A stretch of DNA of 41,736 nt from contig JANQZQ010000110.1 in the NCBI GenBank assembly GCA_030728545.1, positions 14,556 to 56,291 on the forward strand, read 5' to 3'. Numbering within the stretch: position 1 is the first letter of the stretch; each line of letters opens with the position of its first letter. The notes under the pieces are model-generated. The model ran no database searches. It had not been told where the DNA came from and saw only the letters and a program-made list of their open reading frames with translations. Positions 12,492 through 21,677 of this stretch are shown in pieces. Made by a program: the position numbers and the translations under genes. Origin of the DNA: Ilumatobacteraceae bacterium. GTDB lineage: Bacteria > Actinomycetota > Acidimicrobiia > Acidimicrobiales > Ilumatobacteraceae.

Positions 12492-13949
12492 TTATCGTAT
12501 CCGCTCGTACACCGTCCACCAGTCATTGCCGTAGATCACAGTGAAAAATTCTCGTTCGCCCTGCCAATCCAGCTCGACTTCACCGCTCAACACCCGCGGC
12601 AGCACCACATGCGACACCTCGTCGGCGAATGGCAGTCGATCACCCTTGGCAAAAACATCTGGGCCGTACAACACCCGACGAAACGGGGTCGGAAACACAT
12701 AGATGCGCTCGCGCCTTGCCATATGGGCAGTCAACGTATGAAACGCCGCCACCACAGCATCGTCGGGCACTTGGTTGATTGCCGCGTGGGCGGCTGCCAC
12801 CGAGGGGTGCGCTGGTGACCAAGTGGCCACCTCGGTGCGCATGAGTGGCAGTGGCGACCATAGGTAGGCGCAAGCGAGACTCGCCACCACCATTGCCGAC
12901 ATCAACCATGTGCGCCAATGTTCGGCCATTCGTGAAATGGCATACACCGACCCGACCACGAGAATCGGCACAAACTGCACCGCGTAGTGATACTCGATTT
13001 GGCTTTGATACCAAAACGTGCTGACCAAGTTGGCCAGCAACGGCAGCGTGCCGAGCAACGCAATCTCGGGGCGCACCAGCGCGATGAACCCGACGGGAGC
13101 CAACAAGTGCAAGAGATACATCGGACGCTCGCCCGACACCAAATGCGCGACGAATTTGTCGGGGCGCAACAGCGCCGTGCGTAGCACACCACCAAAACCC
13201 CCGAACGGCAGCCGCCAAGCGTTGCGAAACGGCACCCCAACAATGCCGCGTGACACGACGAACAACATGATGAAAGCAATCCACATCGCCCCAAACACAG
13301 TGAGCAGACCGATGCGTCGATCGCGTCGCAATGCCACCCACGCCCCAAGTGCCACCACAAACAACGCCGTGTCTTCTTTAACCAGCAAGATGAGCACCAC
13401 CGCAGCGGCGTATTGCACCCAGCGATAACACACCGCTGCATACAGCGCCCAGGCAATCAACGGCGCCAGCGCAGCATCGGGATGAAAATTCTCCAACCCC
13501 GTGTAGGTGAGGGCTGGGTGGGCCAGATACACCACCACTGCTGCACACGCCATTGGCAACGAATCAAGCAGCGCACGCGTCACTTTCCAGATCGGCAGTG
13601 CACCGATGCCGAGTGCTACCGCCTGCACAACGAACAACAAACCTGTCGAGCCAATCACCCAAAACAGCGGCACCAGCGGCAACAAAATAAACGACGTATG
13701 GTCGCCAAACAAGTTGCGCCCCATCAGCGTGACGAAGGGGGCTTTGCCCTGCGCAACCAGCCAGACACCCTGATCAAACAACCCAAAGTCGTAGGCCGAT
13801 GTGCCCAGCCCAAAATGGTTGCGCGTGGTGCGCACCGCCAACCACACCGTGTAGAGCACCGTGCTGCACACTGCAATGGCGTGCCATACGGTCAGTGACT
13901 GCAGCCTGCGACGCGCCTGGTCGAATGCCGTGCGCAGGTCGCCGGCCAT
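12492..13949 (-). CDS. Polytopic integral membrane protein, DUF2079-like (function unknown)
   Basis: 485 aa, ATG start 9 nt after the nusB stop. About 10 or more hydrophobic segments. N-terminal motif AYDFGLFDQGVW...GDHTSFILLPLVPLFW as I recall for DUF2079 (PF09852). C-terminal soluble segment of roughly 120 aa. Confidence 0.7.
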   Translation of the reverse strand: MAGDLRTAFDQARRRLQSLTVWHAIAVCSTVLYTVWLAVRTTRNHFGLGTSAYDFGLFDQGVWLVAQGKAPFVTLMGRNLFGDHTSFILLPLVPLFWVIGSTGLLFVVQAVALGIGALPIWKVTRALLDSLPMACAAVVVYLAHPALTYTGLENFHPDAALAPLIAWALYAAVCYRWVQYAAAVVLILLVKEDTALFVVALGAWVALRRDRRIGLLTVFGAMWIAFIMLFVVSRGIVGVPFRNAWRLPFGGFGGVLRTALLRPDKFVAHLVSGERPMYLLHLLAPVGFIALVRPEIALLGTLPLLANLVSTFWYQSQIEYHYAVQFVPILVVGSVYAISRMAEHWRTWLMSAMVVASLACAYLWSPLPLMRTEVATWSPAHPSVAAAHAAINQVPDDAVVAAFHTLTAHMARRERIYVFPTPFRRVLYGPDVFAKGDRLPFADEVSHVVLPRVLSGEVELDWQGEREFFTVIYGNDWWTVYERIR

Positions 13950-13958
13950 GCAGTTGTT

Positions 13959-14489
13959 CTAGTCGGCGGCTGGCGGTGTGGCTAGCTGTGTTGCAGGCTC
14001 TACTACTGGAGGCGGTGTTGGCGCGCCGCCTTCGCGGGTGGTGCGGGCGATGGCCGACAGCATGCCGTTGACGAAGCGACCCGAGTCGTCGGTGCCATAA
14101 CGCTTGGCAAGCTCCACTGCTTCGTTGATGATGACGGCAGTGGGCACTTCGCTGCGGCCGAGCAACTCAAACGTCGACATCCGCAAAACATTGCGATCAG
14201 TTGTGGCCATGCGATCAATCGACCAAGCGTGGCTGTGGGCGGTAATCAACTCGTCAATCCGCGCGCGGTGCTCGGCCACCCCGACTACCAAAATGCTCGT
14301 CAAGTCGTCAATTGCCACCTGCATCCGCTCAACCACTTCGCTCGGGGCAACCGCCCGCAAGTCAGCTTCGAACAAAATGTTTAGTGCTCGCTCGCGAGCG
14401 TCTGAACGTGGGTCGAACTCGCGGTTCCAATCCGAGTCATCGGATGGTGGCAGCGAAACTTCAGACATGCAGGAGACGACTACGTTCAA
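13959..14489 (-). CDS. nusB: Transcription antitermination factor NusB
   Basis: Motif [14 protein letters not shown] and NusB-length helical core, plus a Pro/Thr-rich C-terminal tail. Start is either the TTG at 14489 (overlapping the efp stop) or the ATG at 14468. Confidence 0.88.
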   Translation of the reverse strand: MNVVVSCMSEVSLPPSDDSDWNREFDPRSDARERALNILFEADLRAVAPSEVVERMQVAIDDLTSILVVGVAEHRARIDELITAHSHAWSIDRMATTDRNVLRMSTFELLGRSEVPTAVIINEAVELAKRYGTDDSGRFVNGMLSAIARTTREGGAPTPPPVVEPATQLATPPAAD

Positions 14490-15049
14490 ACTCGGGTGAC
14501 GTAGTCGCCCGAACGGGTGTCTACTTTTACGCGATCACCAATGTTGATGAACAACGGCACCTGGATGATCTTGCCGGTCTCGAGCGTGGCTGGCTTACGC
14601 GCGCCCGACACGCGATCGCCTTGAATGCCTGGTTCGGTCTGGGCAATGGTCAGCTCCACTGAAGCTGGGATCTCTACTTGCACGATTTCGGTGCCGAACA
14701 ACGCAATCTGCGCGGTGGCCGACTCGACCAAATAGTCGGCGGCGTCACCAAGCGTGACCGGTTGGATCGAGATCTGCTCGTAGGTGTCGGTGTCCATGAA
14801 CACGAAGGCATCACCCTCTTTGTACAAAAACTGCATGTCGCGACGGTCAATGATCGCTTGCTCGACTCGCACTCCGGCGTTGAAGGTGCGCTCGATCACG
14901 GCCCCGGTGCGCACGTTGCGCAACTTGGTGCGCACGAATGCGCCACCCTTGCCGGGCTTCACATGTTGAAAATCCACCACACTGAACAAACCCTTGTCGA
15001 GTTCGAGCGTGAGGCCGTTTCTTAGTTCGTTGGTGCTAATTGCAGGCAC
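14486..15049 (-). CDS. efp: Elongation factor P
   Basis: 187 aa. ISTNELRNG.. and the loop [18 protein letters not shown] start at 15049 with AAGGA 6 nt upstream, inside the 3' end of pepQ. Confidence 0.96.
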   Translation of the reverse strand: MPAISTNELRNGLTLELDKGLFSVVDFQHVKPGKGGAFVRTKLRNVRTGAVIERTFNAGVRVEQAIIDRRDMQFLYKEGDAFVFMDTDTYEQISIQPVTLGDAADYLVESATAQIALFGTEIVQVEIPASVELTIAQTEPGIQGDRVSGARKPATLETGKIIQVPLFINIGDRVKVDTRSGDYVTRV

Positions 15050-16170
15050 GAGATGTCCTTTGGTGATTCGGTGAGTATGTCGCAGCCTGTATCAGTGACG
15101 ACCACGAGGTCTTCAATCCGTACACCGCCGAGCCCTTCACGATAGACCCCAGGTTCAACGGTGACTACTTCACCTGCCTGCAGCGGCTCGGGCATCGCCG
15201 TGCGCACCCAGGGTTGTTCGTGAATCTGCAAACCAACGCCGTGGCCAGTGGAGTGGATGAATTCGCTGCCGAAACCTGCTGCCGCGATGATGTCGCGACA
15301 CACCTTGTCCACGTCACCAGCGCTCACCCCAGCGCGAACGGCGGCCAAACCTGCCAGTTGCGATTCGCGCACCACATCGTGCATGGTGCGCAAAAGCGGG
15401 CTCACCTCGCCGATCAGATACGTGCGGGTCATGTCGGAGTGATAGCCGTCGACGAGTGCCCCCACATCGATGACCACGAGATGGCCGTCTTCGATCATGG
15501 TCGAGGTCGGACGATGATGCGGCCGTGCACCGTTGGGCCCCGTGGCAACGATGGTGTCGTAACTCGGGCCGTCAGCACCATGGCGGCGCATGCGGTATTC
15601 AAGTTCGTCGCGCACATCACGCTCGGTGACCCGGGTCGACATCATCGGCAGGCACTCAGCGAGTGCGGCGTCAGTGCATTCTGATGCGCGTTTCATGCGC
15701 GCAATTTCGGCTGGCGATTTGCGACGCCGCAGATGTTGCACCACACCCGTGACCGAGACCAACGGTGCCGTGGTTTGCGTGCGCACGTTTTCGAACTGAG
15801 CGTGAGTTATTTCGGTGGGGTCAATGGCCACGCCACGAGCCGCATGCAGCGACTGCTCGAGCCCCTCGCGCAGTGCAGCAGCGCTGGTGCCCACGACCAC
15901 TCGGGCAGCCGCACCAGAAGTCTCAATTTGGTGCCGTGCCTGTTCGCCGTATCGGCCGTCGGTGACGAACACCATCTCGTCGTGGCGAATGATGAGCGTG
16001 CCGGCCGAGCCAGTAAACCCGGTGAGCCAGCGAATGTTGTTCAAGTCGAAGACCATCAGTGCTTCGGCCTCACCGCGCTTGGCCAACTCTTCGCGCACCA
16101 TGCGGTCGCGGCCCGTGACCGTCAAAGGTGGCAGGGCTGGTGATTGCACCTTGGTTGATGTGGTGGTCAT
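15022..16170 (-). CDS. pepQ: Xaa-Pro dipeptidase / aminopeptidase P family (M24B)
   Basis: Metal-ligand motifs [18 protein letters not shown] and [15 protein letters not shown]. The track ORF (to 16362) overlaps aroQ. I use the ATG at 16170 (MTTTSTK..), which forms an ATGA overlap with the aroQ stop and has GGAGA upstream. Confidence 0.9.
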   Translation of the reverse strand: MTTTSTKVQSPALPPLTVTGRDRMVREELAKRGEAEALMVFDLNNIRWLTGFTGSAGTLIIRHDEMVFVTDGRYGEQARHQIETSGAAARVVVGTSAAALREGLEQSLHAARGVAIDPTEITHAQFENVRTQTTAPLVSVTGVVQHLRRRKSPAEIARMKRASECTDAALAECLPMMSTRVTERDVRDELEYRMRRHGADGPSYDTIVATGPNGARPHHRPTSTMIEDGHLVVIDVGALVDGYHSDMTRTYLIGEVSPLLRTMHDVVRESQLAGLAAVRAGVSAGDVDKVCRDIIAAAGFGSEFIHSTGHGVGLQIHEQPWVRTAMPEPLQAGEVVTVEPGVYREGLGGVRIEDLVVVTDTGCDILTESPKDISCLQLAPTN

Positions 16171-16619
16171 TGTTTCTCCAGGTGTCGAGTGAGTGCTTCG
16201 ATTCCGAGTACGTACGATTCGCCGCCGAAGCCGGCAATGGTTCCGATGGCCACGGGTGCAATCACGCTTTCGTGACGCCACGGCTCGCGCGCTGCAGGGT
16301 TGGACAGGTGTACTTCGACCACGGGTAGGCCGACACTTTTCAGTGCATCGTGCAGGCTCCACGCAAAGTGAGTGAAGGCAGCAGCGTTGAGCACAATGCC
16401 CGCATACTTGGTGCCCGCGGTCTGCACAATGCCAATCAGGGTGGCCAAATCATCACTTTGTTCGCTGTCGACTTCGTACCCAAGTCGCTGGGCAGTCGCC
16501 GTTGCGCGCTGCACATGATCGGCCAAGGTGGCGGTGCCGTAGATGCTCGGCTCGCGGCTGCCCAACAGATGGAGATTCGGCCCATGCAACAACAGCAGGC
16601 GACCTTTGTTCGTGGGCAT
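16167..16619 (-). CDS. aroQ: Type II 3-dehydroquinate dehydratase
   Basis: 150 aa; motif LLLHGPNLHLLGSREPSIYG. Confidence 0.95.
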   Translation of the reverse strand: MPTNKGRLLLLHGPNLHLLGSREPSIYGTATLADHVQRATATAQRLGYEVDSEQSDDLATLIGIVQTAGTKYAGIVLNAAAFTHFAWSLHDALKSVGLPVVEVHLSNPAAREPWRHESVIAPVAIGTIAGFGGESYVLGIEALTRHLEKQ

Positions 16620-16624
16620 GCGAT

Positions 16625-17650
16625 TCAGGGTACTGAAAGCGCGTCGAATGCCGTGTGCAGCACTGCTTCGTCAACACCGCTTACGGTCTCGATGCCGTTG
16701 GGGCCATCCAAAACAAACGTCAGCCCCGCCACGGCTTTTTTGTCGTGCTGCATTAACGCCACTAACCGCGTGCGTTGCATGCCAGGTGGCACCGCCACCG
16801 ATCCCCCGTAGTGCACAACAATCACCTGCCGATGCTCGTCCACCCGAGCAGCATCGATTCGACCCAGGGCATGAGCAACATGGGCAGCAAACATCATGCC
16901 GATTGCTACCGACTCGCCGTGGGCCAGGGCAAAGTTGCTTTCCACTTCAAGGGCATGTCCGAAGGTGTGTCCATAGTTGAGCACCGCTCGACGACCCGAT
17001 TCGCGCTCGTCTTGCCCGACGATGTCGGCTTTGATCTGCACGCAACGTGCGATTCGCGCATCTAACTCGAGTGACAACAAATCGTCACCAGTCAAAAAGT
17101 GGTACTTCGCCATCTCTCCGCTCCCACAACGCTGCTCACGTGCGGGCAGTGTGTCGAGCAAGGCGGTGTCGCACACCACGCCCGTTGGTTGCCAAAAAGC
17201 ACCGACCAGATTTTTTCCGGCAGCAAGATTGACCCCGGTCTTGCCACCGATGGCAGCGTCGATCATGCCCACCAATGTGGTGGACACGTGCACCACCCGA
17301 ATGCCGCGATGCCACGATGCAGCGGCAAAGCCAGCGATGTCGGTGACCATTCCCCCACCCACACCAACGACCAAGTCGTTGCGGGTGAGCCCAGCGGCGG
17401 CGAACTCTTCGGTCAACCGTTCGATAGTGGCCAAAGTTTTGTGCGCCTCGCCGTCACCCACCACGTGCCGTGATACGGCCACTGCAGCAGGCAGATGCGG
17501 TGCCATATCAAATGGCAGATGTGCCTGCGTCACGATTGCCACCCGGCGAACGTCGGTCGGGATCAACGTGGCCAGTTCAGACACGGCTCCTCGCCCGACG
17601 ATCACGTCATAAGACCGCTCGCCGAGATCAACGCGCACTTTGCGGGTCAT
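16625..17650 (-). CDS. aroB: 3-dehydroquinate synthase
   Basis: 341 aa. NAD-binding GVGGGMVTDIAGFAAA and metal-site HTFGHALE. Confidence 0.95.
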   Translation of the reverse strand: MTRKVRVDLGERSYDVIVGRGAVSELATLIPTDVRRVAIVTQAHLPFDMAPHLPAAVAVSRHVVGDGEAHKTLATIERLTEEFAAAGLTRNDLVVGVGGGMVTDIAGFAAASWHRGIRVVHVSTTLVGMIDAAIGGKTGVNLAAGKNLVGAFWQPTGVVCDTALLDTLPAREQRCGSGEMAKYHFLTGDDLLSLELDARIARCVQIKADIVGQDERESGRRAVLNYGHTFGHALEVESNFALAHGESVAIGMMFAAHVAHALGRIDAARVDEHRQVIVVHYGGSVAVPPGMQRTRLVALMQHDKKAVAGLTFVLDGPNGIETVSGVDEAVLHTAFDALSVP

Positions 17651-18186
17651 GATGCGTGCTCGGCAGTCACTGCATTCATCACGAGCTGCACAACTTCTTT
17701 AATCGACTTGCCCGCGGTATTGATGCACACATCTGCCACGCTTGCATACAACGCCCGCCGCTCGACATCAAGCACAGCCAACCGACTGGCTGGATCGCCG
17801 TCCAACAATGGTCGATGGGCACCACGGCTGGTGCGCTCGCTCAGCGTGGTGGGGTCGGCGTCAAGCCACACCACCATGTCGGCTGCGTCTTGCATCGCTT
17901 GTCTGTTGACTTCGCTCAGCACCGTGCCACCCGCTGCTGCCACCAACACATCGTCGGGTGAAGCCAAAGCTGCGGCCAGCGCCTGTGACTCCGCTGCACG
18001 AAACGTTGCTTCGCCATCTTCCGCAAAAATATCGCGTACGGCCTTGCCTGCCACTGCCACCACGGCATCATCCGTATCGATAAAACGCATGGCCAAAGCC
18101 GATGCAACCTGCCGACCCACTGTGGTTTTGCCCGACCCCATCATCCCGACCAGCACAACTGTGCGCGACAAAACCGTGCGCGACAT
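17647..18186 (-). CDS. aroK: Shikimate kinase
   Basis: 179 aa. P-loop LVGMMGSGKTTVGR; ATGA overlap with the downstream aroB start. Confidence 0.93.
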   Translation of the reverse strand: MSRTVLSRTVVLVGMMGSGKTTVGRQVASALAMRFIDTDDAVVAVAGKAVRDIFAEDGEATFRAAESQALAAALASPDDVLVAAAGGTVLSEVNRQAMQDAADMVVWLDADPTTLSERTSRGAHRPLLDGDPASRLAVLDVERRALYASVADVCINTAGKSIKEVVQLVMNAVTAEHAS

Positions 18187-18191
18187 GACGC

Positions 18192-19355
18192 TTAGCGCAG
18201 CGACTCGGCAAAGGCGCGGGCATTGCGAACAAACTCGGCAATCGAGTCGCCGCCAAACTTGCGCTGGGCTTCGGCTGCCAACACGAGCGCCACCATGGTT
18301 TCGGCAACGACCCCCATCGCGGGCACTGCAGTCACATCGGTGCGCTCTTTGAAACTCACCGTTTCTTGCTTTGACATCACGTCAACGGTTTTGAGTGTCG
18401 GACGGTTCAGGGTTGACAGCGGCTTCATGGCTGCGCGCACAACCAACACTTCACCAGTGGTCATTCCACCTTCAGTGCCGCCGGCCTTAGATGTTTCGCG
18501 GCGATATGTACCACTCGCTTCATCCCAAGTAATGGCGTCGTGGGCCTCGCTGCCGCGGCGGGCTGCACCGGTGAAGCCGTCACCAATCTCTACACCTTTG
18601 ACCGCCTGAATGCTCATGATTGATGCGGCGAGCATGCCGTCAATTTTGCGATCCCAGTGCACATGGCTGCCCAAGCCGACAGGCAGACCATACGTGAGCA
18701 CCTCAACGATGCCACCGAGGCTGTCGCCGTCTTTGGCCGCTGCTTCGATTTCGGCAATCATGTTTTGCTCAGCCGCTTTGTCGAAGCATCGCACGGGCGA
18801 CTCATCGATACGAGGCGTGTCATTGGGGCCTGGCCGATCGGGTGAACTATTCGTCGCAGCGCCAAGGCCAACCACGTGCGACACGATGTCGACACCAATT
18901 TGTTTGAGCAGCAGTTTGGCGAGTGCACCAGCCACCACACGCGCACTGGTTTCGCGCGCACTGGCACGCTCCAACACGTCGCGAGCGTCGACAAAGTCGT
19001 ACTTCTGCATCCCAACAAGATCAGCGTGCCCTGGCCGCGGTTGCGTCAGCGGCTTTTTGGTGGCACCCGGATGGGGCGACATCTCTTCGTGCCAGACATC
19101 GCTACGAAACCATTCGGTGTTTTTGATGAGCACCGCCACGGGCGAGCCGAGCGTGCGGCCATGGCGAATTCCGCCGATGAGTTCGATTTCATCTTGCTCA
19201 AACTTTTGGCGTGGCCCGCGACCAAAGCCGAGTCGGCGACGAGCCAGCTCGTCGGCAATATCAGCAACGACAACCGGCAGATTAGAAGGCAAACCTTCGA
19301 CGATTACGACGAGCGCTTGACCGTGGCTCTCTCCGGCGGTCAAGTAGCGCAACAT
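18192..19355 (-). CDS. aroC: Chorismate synthase
   Basis: 387 aa; N-terminus MLRYLTAGESHGQALV and full-length conservation. Confidence 0.97.
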   Translation of the reverse strand: MLRYLTAGESHGQALVVIVEGLPSNLPVVVADIADELARRRLGFGRGPRQKFEQDEIELIGGIRHGRTLGSPVAVLIKNTEWFRSDVWHEEMSPHPGATKKPLTQPRPGHADLVGMQKYDFVDARDVLERASARETSARVVAGALAKLLLKQIGVDIVSHVVGLGAATNSSPDRPGPNDTPRIDESPVRCFDKAAEQNMIAEIEAAAKDGDSLGGIVEVLTYGLPVGLGSHVHWDRKIDGMLAASIMSIQAVKGVEIGDGFTGAARRGSEAHDAITWDEASGTYRRETSKAGGTEGGMTTGEVLVVRAAMKPLSTLNRPTLKTVDVMSKQETVSFKERTDVTAVPAMGVVAETMVALVLAAEAQRKFGGDSIAEFVRNARAFAESLR

Positions 19356-19367
19356 GCGCTTTGAATT

Positions 19368-20207
19368 CTACCCGTGTCGTTTGGCGAGCTCGGCCAGCGC
19401 GGCACCACGCATGAGCGAAACATCGGGCAAGCGACCCAACCACAGTTGCTGTTGGCGGCGCGCTTGAGCACACAGCATGTCGAGCCCGTCAACCACGTTT
19501 GCGCCACGGGCACGCGCGGCCTGCACGAGTGGCGTGTTGAGCGGGTGATACACGGCGTCTAGCACCGTGTGACGACTTGTTAAGACCTGCACGTCAAACG
19601 GCAACGCGTCGGGTGCGGTGCCAGAAACGTCGGCCATGCCAACGGGCGTGGTGTTCACGATGGTGGCACAAGCGCCAACGTCGAGCAACACCCCCGCAAA
19701 GGTGGATTCAGCGCGTGCCGAGTTGCCGACTGCCACGGCGGTTGCCAGTCGTGCCGGCGAGCGATTCACGACCGTGACACGTGCACCGTGCGCTGCCAAA
19801 GCTGCGATAACTGCCCGCGCTGTAGCACCGGCACCAATAACTGCGACCGACGACAAATCTGCGCCAGCGGCACTGAGTGCGTCAACACAACCGATGCCAT
19901 CGGTGTTGTGCCCCACCAGCAAGTTGCCATTGCGCACCACCGTGTTGACTGCACCCACCAACTTGGCTGCAGGGTGAACTTCATCGAGTGCAGCCATCAC
20001 CATTTCTTTGTGGGGCATCGTGATGGACAAGCCAGCAATACCCAAGATGCGCATGGCATCAATTGCCGCAGTCGCATGCTCGGGTTGCACCTCGAACGCT
20101 GCATACATCCAGTCGTCGCCATGGGCAGCAAACACCGCGTTGTGAATTGCTGGCGACAGGCTGTGGCGCACGGGGCTACCAATCACCGCTGCAATCTGGG
20201 TGCTCAC
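19368..20207 (-). CDS. aroE: Shikimate dehydrogenase
   Basis: Motif AAVIGSPVRHSLSPAIHNA and Rossmann segment VIGAGATARAV. The track ORF reaches 20321, deep inside mltG. I use the GTG at 20207, which forms a GTGA overlap with the mltG stop. Confidence 0.87.
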   Translation of the reverse strand: MSTQIAAVIGSPVRHSLSPAIHNAVFAAHGDDWMYAAFEVQPEHATAAIDAMRILGIAGLSITMPHKEMVMAALDEVHPAAKLVGAVNTVVRNGNLLVGHNTDGIGCVDALSAAGADLSSVAVIGAGATARAVIAALAAHGARVTVVNRSPARLATAVAVGNSARAESTFAGVLLDVGACATIVNTTPVGMADVSGTAPDALPFDVQVLTSRHTVLDAVYHPLNTPLVQAARARGANVVDGLDMLCAQARRQQQLWLGRLPDVSLMRGAALAELAKRHG

Positions 20208-21235
20208 GGCAAGATGCCTGCTTGTTTGGCCGCAGCAACGTTGATTTCGTGCAAACGATATGAAGTCGAAAACGCATGAGCGCCCTGTGCATCGGCCAAT
20301 ACATAGAACAACAGTTGACACGGCTCGGTTTTTTCGCGGCGGTTACGCACCGTGCACAGCGGGTCGTCAGCAGCAGGATTATCGGCCGGGTTGAGTGCAG
20401 CAATCAACGCCGCTTCACCAGGGCTAGCAATGGGGGTTGGTGGCAAACCCTTGCGCAAATACACGTTGAACGGGCTATCGGCTGCCTTCAGATCAGCAAA
20501 CTTTGCATCGGGTGCCGCGCCGTAGTAGAGCGCTGCATCAATCTGCAATTCCATGTCGTTGGCGAGACGATTGTGAATCACGCGTGACACCAGGGCCTGC
20601 TCTTCGGGTACCTTGACCTCTTTTTCAATGAGCGAAGCAATCGTGATGATCTCGTATGGGGTACGACCCAGCCGCTCGGCACCCGCTTCGATGTCGTTAG
20701 AGATCGCCCGCGTACGCATCTCTTCAATCATTCGCTCGATGACGTCTTGTTCGGTCTCGTAGGCCGCAATGCGATACAACGCCGGGAATAACAAACCCTC
20801 GTACGACGTCGCGCCGGCGGGGCGAAATGGTGCTGCCAGTGTGTTCGTGGACAGCACAGCATCGACTTTGGCAGCACTCAAACCCGGGCCGTCACGCTCA
20901 AGCCGGGCGGCAATCTGGGCAACCGTAAAACCTTCGGGAAACACGACAGAGACTTCGACCAGCGCGTCTTGTGCTGGCGCACTCAACTGTTCGTTGCTTT
21001 GCACTTGGCTGGCCAAGTCACGCACTTGCCAACCCGCCCAGGCGATGAACACCACCGCCACTGTGGCCAATCCCAGCAGAATCTGGCGCGAGTACGTGCG
21101 CAGATCAGGCAGCATGCCATCAGTGTCCGCCGGATCATCCGGCAACACGGTGTCCCACGGATCTTCGCGCCACGGCTCGTCGGAGGCACGTTTTTCGGTA
21201 ACGCGTTCTTCACGCTCGTGTTCGGTGCCGCTCAT
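20204..21235 (-). CDS. mltG: Endolytic murein transglycosylase MltG (YceG-like)
   Basis: 343 aa. Acidic cytoplasmic N-tail, one TM segment (ILLGLATVAVVFIAWAGW), and YceG motifs FPEGFT and ASLIEKE. Confidence 0.88.
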   Translation of the reverse strand: MSGTEHEREERVTEKRASDEPWREDPWDTVLPDDPADTDGMLPDLRTYSRQILLGLATVAVVFIAWAGWQVRDLASQVQSNEQLSAPAQDALVEVSVVFPEGFTVAQIAARLERDGPGLSAAKVDAVLSTNTLAAPFRPAGATSYEGLLFPALYRIAAYETEQDVIERMIEEMRTRAISNDIEAGAERLGRTPYEIITIASLIEKEVKVPEEQALVSRVIHNRLANDMELQIDAALYYGAAPDAKFADLKAADSPFNVYLRKGLPPTPIASPGEAALIAALNPADNPAADDPLCTVRNRREKTEPCQLLFYVLADAQGAHAFSTSYRLHEINVAAAKQAGILP

Positions 21236-21675
21236 TATGTGCGATCTGATGTGTTGCGACGATGGTCAATAAAACCTTGCAACATCACAGCTGCAGCCAC
21301 TTTGTCCACGACGCGACGACGCGCATCAGCCTTCATTTGCATCTCCATCAATGACCGGTCGGCACTGACCGTGGTCAAGCGCTCGTCATGTACGTATACG
21401 GGAACGCTGATCACACTGAGCACACTACGAAGTTGCTCGGCTTCAGCCATGGCACTTTGTGCAGCAGCCGTGGCCTTGCCACTCATATTGAGTGGCAGCC
21501 CCACCACCACAGCCTGTGCTTCGTACTCTTCCACCACTCGTCGAATCGCTACGTAATCGTCGTGTTTGGTCTTGCTGCGATTCACCACCTGCAGCGGTGT
21601 AGCAACTCGTTCATCTGGGTCACACAAGGCAACGCCAATTCGCTTTGCGCCAAGGTCTAGGCCGAGACAGCGCAT
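21235..21675 (-). CDS. ruvX: Putative pre-16S rRNA nuclease / Holliday junction resolvase-like RuvX (YqgF)
   Basis: 146 aa; N-terminus MRCLGLDLGAKRIGVAL. Its stop overlaps the mltG start by 1 nt. Confidence 0.9.
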   Translation of the reverse strand: MRCLGLDLGAKRIGVALCDPDERVATPLQVVNRSKTKHDDYVAIRRVVEEYEAQAVVVGLPLNMSGKATAAAQSAMAEAEQLRSVLSVISVPVYVHDERLTTVSADRSLMEMQMKADARRRVVDKVAAAVMLQGFIDHRRNTSDRT

Positions 21676-21677
21676 TA

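Noticed and set aside
16171-16362. 5' extensions of track ORFs (pepQ to 16362, aroE to 20321, tgt to 35411, queA to 36477, yeeE to 37658, ruvC to 40930)
   Set aside because: Each extension overlaps the 3' end of the upstream conserved gene and translates to Arg/Cys-rich sequence unlike the family N-termini. In each case an internal ATG/GTG sits exactly at or overlapping the upstream stop.
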